From Chthoniobacteraceae bacterium (lineage in GTDB: Bacteria; Verrucomicrobiota; Verrucomicrobiia; Chthoniobacterales; Chthoniobacteraceae), in assembly GCA_031409655.1 (NCBI GenBank), contig JANNXQ010000075.1, positions 1-46,412 of the forward strand: a stretch of 46,412 bases of DNA. The letters are read 5' to 3'. The notes beneath the pieces are model-generated. The model did not search any database. It had not been told where the DNA came from and saw only the letters and a list, made by a program, of their open reading frames with translations. This document shows positions 38,917 through 46,412 of this stretch, in pieces. The translations under genes and the position numbers were made by a program. Each line of letters begins with the position of its first letter. Positions within the stretch are counted from its first letter, which is position 1.

Positions 38917-38980
38917 TTTTTACGTTCCAAAACTGAATCAGGCAAACTTTTGTTACAAGGGTTCGTCTTTTGTAACAAAA
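38917..38980 (-). promoter_or_regulatory. MTase promoter and perfect 11-bp inverted-repeat operator
   Basis: Minus strand TTGCCT(38945-38940)-N17-TAAAAA(38922-38917); TTTTGTTACAA (38948-38958) N11 TTGTAACAAAA (38970-38980). Confidence 0.65.
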
Positions 38981-39666
38981 CGCGCTGCTTCGACCCCTTT
39001 CCCTTCCCCGCGTGCGACGAAGCGGCGAAGGCGCGCATCCGGGCCTTGGGGGAGGAACTGGACGCGCACCGCAAGCGGGTGCAGGCGCAGCACCCCGGCC
39101 TTTCGCTCACCGCGATGTATAACGTCCTCGAAGCCCTCCGCGCCGGGCGCGCCCTCACGCCCAAGGAAACCGCCACCCACGCCGCCGGCCTCGTCTCCGT
39201 CCTCCGCCAGCTCCACGACGAACTCGATGCCGCCGTCGCCACCGCCTACGGCTGGCTCCGCGAAGGCCGTCCAGAGACCGACCTGCCCGACGCCGAAATC
39301 CTCACCCGCCTCGTCGCCCTCTACGCCGCCCGCAGCGCCGAAGAAGCCACCGGCCAAATCCGCTACCTCCGCCCCGCCTACCAAGCCCCCGCCGGCCAGA
39401 CCACGCAGACCGGGATGAGCCTGCCCACCGCCGGGAGTCAGAAGTCAGGAGTCAGAAGTCAGAAAATGAAAGAGCCGTGGCCGAAGCCGCTGGCCGAACG
39501 CGTCGCCGCCGTGGAACGCGCCCTTGCCACCGCCGCCGCCCCGGTCACGGCCGCGCAGTTGGCCAAACACTTCCTCCGAGCCAAACCCGAAGACCTCGCC
39601 GAAATCCTCGAAACCCTCGCCACCCTCGGCAGGGCGCATCGGGATGGCGACAAATTCAGCACCTAG
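38974..39666 (+). pseudogene. MmeI-like Type IIL RM enzyme, 3' remnant
   Basis: NKTRCFDPFPFP...LDAHRK...LTAMYNVLE...LHDELDAAVATAYGW...EILTRLVAL...LRPAYQAP...PWPK...LETLATLGRA; no start codon or methylase core. Confidence 0.85.
39434..39464 (+). repeat. 7-bp tandem repeat G(G/A)AGTCA x4
   Basis: GGAGTCA GAAGTCA GGAGTCA GAAGTCA GAA in a linker of the MmeI-like remnant. Confidence 0.8.
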
Positions 39667-39668
39667 TC

Positions 39669-40145
39669 ATGCCCTTTCCCTACACCTCGATTCAAATTGG
39701 CGAGATCGTGAAAGCCGCAAAGATTGTGAGGCACCCGGAGATGCTTCACGAAGGCGTTCCGCTCCCGTTCAAAGACTATGGAAGCAAAGGCAAGCGGCTG
39801 GATCTAATGCTCGATCTGGTGGATGGCCCGATCACCAATCTTCGGTTCCATGTTCGTTCGGGGGTTTTCGACAATCCCGAAACGTTTGAAGCGGCGCTCA
39901 TTCTGGAGAATCAACGGGTGCGCGGCGTGGGGTGGAATGCGACTGGAAAGAAACAATTCTACGGCCGGCAGCGCATCCCCCGCGGGTGGCATCAAAACGT
40001 TCTCGACCCAAACCTGCCCGACCCGAGAGAGTCTGACCCGCATCCACCGCTCGAAAACTTCGATCCGACTGACTTATCCGCGTTCTTCGTTGCCACAGCC
40101 AAGTTGTGGCATATTGACCTCACCTTTTCGGAGGGCCTCCTGTGA
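39669..40145 (+). CDS. Hypothetical protein (DUF6978-like partner of DUF1828 proteins)
   Basis: 158 aa from ATG 39669; RIPRGWHQN motif; GTGA overlap with the next gene; family assignment mainly from gene context. Confidence 0.6.
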   Translation: MPFPYTSIQIGEIVKAAKIVRHPEMLHEGVPLPFKDYGSKGKRLDLMLDLVDGPITNLRFHVRSGVFDNPETFEAALILENQRVRGVGWNATGKKQFYGRQRIPRGWHQNVLDPNLPDPRESDPHPPLENFDPTDLSAFFVATAKLWHIDLTFSEGLL

Positions 40146-40921
40146 ATACCACGACGCAAATCATCACCCCCGAATCCTGCATCGATCTCATGCAGGCGTT
40201 TTGGCGTGAGCAGATCGAGACGGCGGAGACTCGCGACGGACTCGCGCTCACGCTGCCGCTGATGTATCCCGATGGCTGGCAGGTGACCGTGATGCTCAGC
40301 GTCACGACACCGGGCTGGCTGCGCATCTCCGATCAAGGAAAGACCCTCGGAGCATTGAGCGAGGCGGGGATGAGTCTGGAGGCGAAGGGAACTGGGGCGA
40401 TCCTCGATGACCGGCTGCGGACATTCGAGCTGCAGCGGGACGGCTTTCTCCTTTCCAAAGAGGTGCGGCTGCCGCTCCAAGCCGTCGATGTGCAACTCTT
40501 CGCGGAGGCGTTGGTGAGCATCGCCCACCTCATCTACCGGCACGAACCCAATAGTGAGACGGAGAGCGCGGCAGACAACGCGGTGAAACGTCTCTTTGCC
40601 GCCCGAGGTCTGGAACCGCGAAGGAACGTGGCGCTGACGGGAAAAGTGGAGACGGAGATCCGGGTGGACTATTATCTCGAAGCGAAGCGCCCCGTCGGCG
40701 TGGAGGTGATTCGACGCCGGGGGAACATCCGCGACTATATGCAGCAGTGGGCTTGGCGGTGGACGGACCTCCACGCCGCGCATCCGAAGCTGCTGCGAGC
40801 GATGGTGTATGATCCGAGCGTGCAGGAGATCACACCCGGCGTGCGGCGGATTGGAGAGTCGGTGTGCGATGTGTTCTGCCCGTATGATGAGGTCCAACCG
40901 CTGGCGGCGATCATTGGCTGA
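40142..40921 (+). CDS. DUF1828/DUF1829-like protein (possible PD-(D/E)xK fold C-terminus)
   Basis: LTLPLMYPDGWQVTV...LRISDQGKTL (DUF1828 pattern); RNVALTGK...VDYYL...GVEVI...WTDL. Confidence 0.68.
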   Translation: MNTTTQIITPESCIDLMQAFWREQIETAETRDGLALTLPLMYPDGWQVTVMLSVTTPGWLRISDQGKTLGALSEAGMSLEAKGTGAILDDRLRTFELQRDGFLLSKEVRLPLQAVDVQLFAEALVSIAHLIYRHEPNSETESAADNAVKRLFAARGLEPRRNVALTGKVETEIRVDYYLEAKRPVGVEVIRRRGNIRDYMQQWAWRWTDLHAAHPKLLRAMVYDPSVQEITPGVRRIGESVCDVFCPYDEVQPLAAIIG

Positions 40922-40927
40922 CGGCGC

Positions 40928-41932
40928 ATGCTCTGGTCCCCGACCAAACAGTTTCACCCGTGGCCCTTTGATAAGGAAGCGGAGCTTGAAACGACCATCG
41001 CTGAGGTGAAGACGGCGCTCTTTGGCGAGAGCCGAATCTATCTCGACGTGAAGAAGCTCATCGGCGAGCGGGGGCGGACGCAGAACATCCCGGACGGGTA
41101 TCTGCTCGATCTCTCCAGCCCGCGGCGACCGGTGCTCTATCTCGTGGAGGTGGAGCTGGCGCGGCACGATCCGCTGCGGCACATCGCGCAGCAACTCCTG
41201 AACTTCTCCCTCTCCTTCAAGAGCACCCCGCAGAAGATGAAAGGCATCCTGCGCGACACGTTGCAAAAGAGCCCGGAGGCGGTGGCGCGGTGCGAGGCCT
41301 ATGCGGCGGCGCATGGCTTCAACAACATCGACTTCCTGCTGGAGCGGATGCTCTACGCGGACGACGCCTTCAACGCGCTGCTCATCATCGACGAACTGGA
41401 GGAAGAACTGGAAAGCATCGTGCGGAGTTCGCTGCGCTTTCCGGTGGAGACGCTGGAGGTGCAGCGCTTCCGCTCAGCGACGGGCGAGGCGGTGTATCAG
41501 TTTGAGCCTTTCCTTTACGACCTGAGCACGCAGGAGGCGACGCGGACCGCGGAGCCGGGCAATACCCCGGCGATCGATCCGGAGGAGATCGATACCATCG
41601 TGGTGCCGGCGCGGCAGGATGGGTTCATGGAGACCTTCATCGGGGAGAACATGTGGCGGGCGGTGCGCATCCACTCCAGCATGATCCCGAAGATCCGCTA
41701 CCTCGCAGCCTATCAGGTGGCGCCGGAATCCGCGATCACGCACGTGGCGGAGGTGGCGCGCATCGAGCCGTGGAAGGATACCGGGAAATATGCGCTCTAC
41801 TTCAAGGAGCCGGCGCGGAAGATCGGGCCGCTGAAGCTGGTTCCCGGCGGAAACGCGAGTGTGCCGCAAGCCAGCCGCTACACGTCCTTTGCCCGGCTGC
41901 AAAAGGCGAAGACGCTGGACGACGTTTTTTGA
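40928..41932 (+). CDS. Putative PD-(D/E)xK nuclease fused to PUA/EVE-like C-terminal domain
   Basis: EAELE...IPDGYLLD...LYLVEVEL; C-domain DTIVVPARQDGF...W.AVRI...YLAAYQVAP.SAITHVAEV..IEPW. Confidence 0.6.
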   Translation: MLWSPTKQFHPWPFDKEAELETTIAEVKTALFGESRIYLDVKKLIGERGRTQNIPDGYLLDLSSPRRPVLYLVEVELARHDPLRHIAQQLLNFSLSFKSTPQKMKGILRDTLQKSPEAVARCEAYAAAHGFNNIDFLLERMLYADDAFNALLIIDELEEELESIVRSSLRFPVETLEVQRFRSATGEAVYQFEPFLYDLSTQEATRTAEPGNTPAIDPEEIDTIVVPARQDGFMETFIGENMWRAVRIHSSMIPKIRYLAAYQVAPESAITHVAEVARIEPWKDTGKYALYFKEPARKIGPLKLVPGGNASVPQASRYTSFARLQKAKTLDDVF

Positions 41933-41978
41933 TCGGGCGCTGAGGCACACGCCCTTTGCCCGCGACTTGACGGGCGTT

Positions 41979-42167
41979 GTCTCTGCACATTCGGCGCTTG
42001 TCTCTGCACAATCGTCGTTTGTCTCTGCACATTCGACGTTCGTGTCTGCAGGTTCTCCGTCCTCCTCTCCACTTTCGACGTTCAGGGCTCCAGATTTGGC
42101 GTTCCGGTCTCCAGACTCGGCGTTTGGCTTTCCAGGTTCGGCGTTACGAGCTGCACTTTTGCCGTTT
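41979..42167. repeat. Degenerate 21-bp tandem repeat, 9 units
   Basis: GTCTCTGCACATTCGGCGCTT / GTCTCTGCACAATCGTCGTTT / GTCTCTGCACATTCGACGTTC ... CGAGCTGCACTTTTGCCGTTT, exact 21-bp phase. Confidence 0.85.
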
Positions 42168-42307
42168 GCCTGAAGGGGAATGGGGGTTGGGGGCGACTGG
42201 AAGCGGCTTTTCAGGGCAGAAGTGGGGGTAGAGAAGCCTTGGGCCACTCCCTTTTCGTCGCATCCGATCCTCGCGCGGTCGGCGAGACGGCGGCCAAGGC
42301 AGGCGCG

Positions 42308-43285
42308 CTACCGCTTCGCTTCCGGTTCGCCGGTGCCTCGGTGGCGGCGGTAGGCTCGGACGATGGATTGCACGAGTTCGTGCCGGATGACGTCGCGCTC
42401 GGCGAAGTGGCAGAAGGCAATGCCTTCGACGGTGGCCAGGGCCTGGACGGCTTCGATGAGGCCGGAGCGTTTGTTCGTCGGGAGGTCGATCTGGGTCTGG
42501 TCGCCGGTGATCACGGCTTTGGACTCGGCGCCGAGCCGGGTGAGGAACATGAACATCTGCTCGGTGGTGGTGTTCTGCGCTTCGTCGAGGACGACGAAGG
42601 CGTGATTGAGGGTGCGGCCGCGCATGTAGGCGAGCGGGGCGATCTCGATGACGCCGCGCTCGATGAGGCGGGCCAGCTCCTCGGTGTCGAGCATGTCGTA
42701 GAGCGCGTCGTAGAGCGGGCGCAGGTAGGGCATGATCTTATCCTTCAAGTCGCCGGGCAGGAAGCCGAGGGCTTCGCCGGCTTCCACGGCGGGACGGGTG
42801 AGGACGATGCGGCTGACTTGTTCGCGCTTCAGCGCGGAGACGGCCATGGCCATGGCGAGGTAGGTCTTGCCGGTGCCGGCGGGGCCGAGTCCGAAGATGA
42901 GGTCGTTTTCGCCGATGGCGCGCAGATAGGCGCGCTGGCCGGCGGTCTTGGGGACGATGGCCGGACGCTTTGGCGAGGTGACGATGCGGGTGTCGAGCAG
43001 TTCGTCGAGGCCGGACTGGCCGGGTTCGAGGACGGAGCGCAGGGCGTAGCCGAACTCATGTTTGCGGATGGGGACGCCGGCGTGCCGGGCGCGCTCGAGT
43101 TGATCGAAGACGCGGCGGGCGCGTCCGAGCGGCTCGGGTTCGCCCTCGATCTTCAGCCAGCCGTCGCGCGTCGTCACTTTCACCCCCACGGCCTCCTCCA
43201 ACTTCTTGAGGAGGGCGAGGTCATTGGCAAAGAGCAGCGCGACGGAACGCGCGTTCTCAAATTGGAGCGTTTGCGATTCGATCAC
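42308..43285 (-). CDS. phoH: PhoH-family ATPase (YbeZ-like)
   Basis: [51 protein letters not shown]. Confidence 0.93.
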   Translation of the reverse strand: MIESQTLQFENARSVALLFANDLALLKKLEEAVGVKVTTRDGWLKIEGEPEPLGRARRVFDQLERARHAGVPIRKHEFGYALRSVLEPGQSGLDELLDTRIVTSPKRPAIVPKTAGQRAYLRAIGENDLIFGLGPAGTGKTYLAMAMAVSALKREQVSRIVLTRPAVEAGEALGFLPGDLKDKIMPYLRPLYDALYDMLDTEELARLIERGVIEIAPLAYMRGRTLNHAFVVLDEAQNTTTEQMFMFLTRLGAESKAVITGDQTQIDLPTNKRSGLIEAVQALATVEGIAFCHFAERDVIRHELVQSIVRAYRRHRGTGEPEAKR

Positions 43286-43384
43286 TGGGCGCGTGAGCTA
43301 CAGGCGGGCGCGGGGAGCCCTGGGAATGCCGAGACCATCGAGTGACCCATCTTGAGCGCAGCCTGCAACGCTCAACTCCTGACC

Positions 43385-43819
43385 TTACCGGAAGCCATAG
43401 GCCAGCGACCACGTCGTCCGTTCCTTGGGCGACTTCTCGACTTCGACGATCAAATAGTAAGTGCCCGTCTTTTTCGGAATGACGCGCGCGGCGGAAAAGT
43501 TTTTCTTCTGCCACGACTCGACCTCGGCCAGGTTGCCGGCGCTGTCGTAGATATGCACGGAGATCTTCGCGCTATCGACGTCGGTGCCGAGCCAGAACCA
43601 GTATTCGTTTCCTTTGAAAAGCTGATGCACGATGGCCTTCGTTTGCTTGGCCCCGAGGTCGCCGCCCCAGTAGTCTTCCCGCACGGTGAAGCCTTCCTTC
43701 ACGTAGGGCGCGGCCGCTTCGAGAGCGAAGGAGAGGGCGTCATCGATGGTCGCCGCCGCGGGCGCGGCGCTCGTCAACCAGCCGACGAGGGCGATTAAGA
43801 GTAAGGCGAATCTTTTCAC
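43385..43819 (-). CDS. Secreted hypothetical protein (beta-rich, PPC-like)
   Basis: Signal peptide; LFKGNEYWF...ISVHIYD...TGTYYLIV. Confidence 0.72.
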   Translation of the reverse strand: MKRFALLLIALVGWLTSAAPAAATIDDALSFALEAAAPYVKEGFTVREDYWGGDLGAKQTKAIVHQLFKGNEYWFWLGTDVDSAKISVHIYDSAGNLAEVESWQKKNFSAARVIPKKTGTYYLIVEVEKSPKERTTWSLAYGFR

Positions 43820-43842
43820 GGGAAAAATAGGTGCGACTGGGT

Positions 43843-44646
43843 TCAGTTGGCGCGCGAGTTGATGGTCTTAACGAGGTCTCTGGCGATCGCGTCGATCTCC
43901 AAGACGGTCTTTTCGGAGATCGAAGCTCCATCGGTGAGTCCGATCAATGGGCGAATCTCGATGAGTCCCTTCTGGACTTTGCTGACGACGGGGTTGGCCT
44001 TGATCTTCGGACGCATCCCGGCGATCTGCCGATCAAAGTAATCGAGCAACACGGGCTGATGCAGCAATTCCGCGCCGTCCTTGGTGAAGGACTTCGAGAC
44101 GACCTGGGTCAGCGCCTCGGTGCCGCGGAGCCAGCCGCCCAGGCTCACGAGTTGTGAGAGTTGCTCGCTCTGCAGTTCGATCATTGCCGACTTCACGTCG
44201 GTGAGGGCGCCGTCGAGTTCCGAACGCACGGATGACCAGGCTTTTTTCTCGGCGAAATCGGTGATGCTCTTGCTCCGTTTGAGCACCGCTTTGCGGACAT
44301 TGATGGCCTCCGAAAGGGTGAGCACGGCTTTCCCGATCTTCTTCACTTCTTCCACATTTTCCGCCTCCACGGCGATGAAGCCCTCGGCGATGACGGTCCC
44401 GAGCAGGAGGGCGATCTGCGCCTGATCGCCGGTCGGCTTCGCGCCATTCACTGGGCGGAGGACGCCTTCCCAGTGCGGCTTCCCGAGCTTGTCGAGCACT
44501 CCGAAGATCTCGCTCGGCACTGGCACCAAGACATTGTCGATCATCTGGGACTGTTCGGGCAGCTTGCTGACATCGATGCGCTGCGGCGGTTCTGCCAGGA
44601 CGAAAGTGGAGAGCGCACCGAGGGCGAGGGCTAAAGCAAACTTCAT
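43843..44646 (-). CDS. Secreted hypothetical protein (helical)
   Basis: MKFALALALGAL signal from ATG 44646; VPVPSEIF, GGWLRG motifs. Confidence 0.75.
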   Translation of the reverse strand: MKFALALALGALSTFVLAEPPQRIDVSKLPEQSQMIDNVLVPVPSEIFGVLDKLGKPHWEGVLRPVNGAKPTGDQAQIALLLGTVIAEGFIAVEAENVEEVKKIGKAVLTLSEAINVRKAVLKRSKSITDFAEKKAWSSVRSELDGALTDVKSAMIELQSEQLSQLVSLGGWLRGTEALTQVVSKSFTKDGAELLHQPVLLDYFDRQIAGMRPKIKANPVVSKVQKGLIEIRPLIGLTDGASISEKTVLEIDAIARDLVKTINSRAN

Positions 44647-44888
44647 AAGAGGGTACGATCCAGGAAATGGAGCGGAACACAACCAGAGCCTTTGTCCCAC
44701 GGGCAAGCATTCTTTTGCAACGCGCGCCTCTTCGCGGACTCTGGTCTGCGCCCGCTCTATTGCTTGGGCGGGCCTGACTTGGAAATGGTTACAACGCTTC
44801 GGCAAAATGGCGAATTGGAAATTGAGCGGGGATCGGCGAGCATCCTATCTTCCGAGATCGCCACCCACGTCCGACATTTTCCCTCATC

Positions 44889-45701
44889 ATGGATAAACGC
44901 CGCCTCCTCATCCGTCTCGTGCCGATCGTCATCGCTGGGCTCATCGTTTTTTTTCAGTATTTCTCGGCGGAAACAACGACCAACGAAGCGGGCCGCACCG
45001 CGCGCTACGGGCTGAGCACCGATGACGAAACGCAGCTCGGACTTCAGAGCTATCAGCAGGTGCTCCAGCAATCTGACACCATCAATTCCGGGCCAGAGTA
45101 TGAACTCGTCCGGAAAGTGGCCGCGCGTCTCGCCGCAGCCACGGGCGAAAAGGGCGGCAAGTTTGACTGGCAGGTCTCGCTCGTGCGCGATCCGCAGGTG
45201 AATGCCTTTTGCCTCCCCGGCGGCAAGATCGTCGTGTACACGGGCATCCTCCCCGTCGCGCAATCCGAGGCCGGGCTCGCCACCGTGATGGGGCATGAAA
45301 TGGCCCACGCCACCGCCCGCCACGGCAGCGAACGCATCCTCAAGCAAAAGACCACGCAGACGCTCATGACCGGCGTGCAATTTTCCCTCGGGGACATGAA
45401 CTACGAACAGCAGCGCGCGATCATGGGAGCCATCGGCGCGGGCGCGCAATATGGCATCCTCAATCCTTTCGGCCGCAGCCACGAGAGCGAAGCCGACGCC
45501 CTCGGTCTGATGTATATGGCGCGGGCTGGCTACGATCCGCGCGAGGCCGTCGCCTTCTGGCAGCGCATGGACGAGAAGTCCGGGGCCGGCGCTCCCCCGG
45601 AATTTATGTCCACCCATCCGAGCCACGAGACGCGGGTCTCGGACCTGAAGGATCTTCTTCCAAAAGCGATGGAGGAGTATCAGCGCGCCGGCGGTCGCTG
45701 A
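44889..45701 (+). CDS. M48-family zinc metallopeptidase
   Basis: VNAFCLPGG, HEMAH, ESEAD, STHP. Confidence 0.92.
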   Translation: MDKRRLLIRLVPIVIAGLIVFFQYFSAETTTNEAGRTARYGLSTDDETQLGLQSYQQVLQQSDTINSGPEYELVRKVAARLAAATGEKGGKFDWQVSLVRDPQVNAFCLPGGKIVVYTGILPVAQSEAGLATVMGHEMAHATARHGSERILKQKTTQTLMTGVQFSLGDMNYEQQRAIMGAIGAGAQYGILNPFGRSHESEADALGLMYMARAGYDPREAVAFWQRMDEKSGAGAPPEFMSTHPSHETRVSDLKDLLPKAMEEYQRAGGR

Positions 45702-45703
45702 AC

Positions 45704-45728
45704 TCGAGACCGGCCCTTCCGGTCTCGA
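45704..45728. terminator. Hairpin between convergent genes
   Basis: TCGAGACCGG-CCCTT-CCGGTCTCGA, perfect 10-bp stem; no clear U-tract. Confidence 0.5.
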
Positions 45729-45740
45729 TCCGCGACGCGC

Positions 45741-46412
45741 CTACTTCAGCGCGCCGACCATCTCGAGGAGCTTCGCGAGGATCTTTGTGGATGCGTCTGG
45801 CTCCACCCGATTCGTGCCGAGCCACGTTTCATAGCCGCCGAGTTGGTGTTGCTCCGGGGTCGGCAGGTAGCCGTAGTAGCCATTGGCGATCGAGAGGATG
45901 AAGCTCGGCTTGAAAGGACTGCGCTCTTTGAAAGCGAGGCCGATTTCAACAAAGACTTCATTCGGAATGCCGCCGAGCGCGACGTCGCCGACGCGCAGTG
46001 CCTGAATCGGCAGCGCGATCGTCGCCGGCCAGTCCGCCATCTTCACGGTGCGCTCCGCGTAGATCTCTTCCAAGGTCCGCGCCTTCGTGGATGGCGGCCG
46101 CGCCAGGATCGTGCGCGCGCGTTCGAGTTGCTCCGGCGTCGGATGCCGCGCGCCCACTTCCAGCGGCTCGATCCGTCCGGCGAGCGGCACCCAATCCCGC
46201 CACTCGATCCCCCGGTAAGCCTGGTGCGCCGCTTGCGCCACGCGGTCCGCGACCTCGCGCATCTTCTCGTAAGGCGCCTGCTTTTCACCCGGCTTGGTAA
46301 AGTCGATGTTGTTGATGTTGCCACTCGTGCCATTGCTCAGCATCGCGACGAAAGGCGGGTCCTGCCGGTCCGCGCCGAGCAACTGCTGGATGCGATCGCA
46401 GAAGACCGCGAA
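45741..46412 (-). CDS. Neutral/alkaline ceramidase-like hydrolase, C-terminal part (5' outside window)
   Basis: NGTSGNIN, GIPNEVFVEIG, ANGYYGYLPT, GGYETW. Confidence 0.7.
   Translation of the reverse strand, partial: FAVFCDRIQQLLGADRQDPPFVAMLSNGTSGNINNIDFTKPGEKQAPYEKMREVADRVAQAAHQAYRGIEWRDWVPLAGRIEPLEVGARHPTPEQLERARTILARPPSTKARTLEEIYAERTVKMADWPATIALPIQALRVGDVALGGIPNEVFVEIGLAFKERSPFKPSFILSIANGYYGYLPTPEQHQLGGYETWLGTNRVEPDASTKILAKLLEMVGALK

Noticed and set aside
37933..39666. 577-aa ORF as a real gene
   Set aside because: Its first 340 or so codons are antisense to the MTase; only the part after about 38974 is the MmeI-like remnant.
41979..42167. CRISPR array
   Set aside because: Units are contiguous with no unique spacers, and no cas genes are present.

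Overview
High-GC bacterial chromosomal window; gene content and style suggest Verrucomicrobiota/Chthoniobacterales, which is an inference. Housekeeping and metabolic genes include dnaB, rplI, guaB, ppk2, ggt, phoH-family, tRNA-Ser(GCT), tRNA-Arg(ACG), rhaA with a double-GH78 rhamnosidase, peptidoglycan enzymes, a Ser/Thr kinase, a vanadium haloperoxidase and large secreted enzymes. Three accessory zones stand out. (1) A complete 5.6-kb integrative element in tRNA-Arg(ACG) has 43-bp att repeats, arm-type repeats, a tyrosine integrase, an excisionase-like HTH and a phage-type replication initiator with internal iteron-like repeats. Its only cargo is two lipoproteins, with no capsid, terminase or conjugation genes. 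(2) A defence island at about 36.4-41.9 kb contains an MmeI-like Type IIL RM gene split by an incoming cassette: a NotI-family endonuclease and a Dam-like MTase with an RHH-like N-terminus and a perfect upstream operator. Three translationally coupled uncharacterised genes and a 9 x 21-bp repeat follow. (3) A decayed patch at 4.6-7.0 kb has a frameshifted DUF1573 gene, a stop-inactivated DUF6883 with intact DUF4926, a surface-protein remnant, REP-like hairpins and an orphan Phd antitoxin. Deletion remnants of an AraC regulator and rhaT lie upstream of rhaA. Three secreted proteins share a C-terminal domain that may be a sorting signal. All family assignments are from motif recognition, not database searches.
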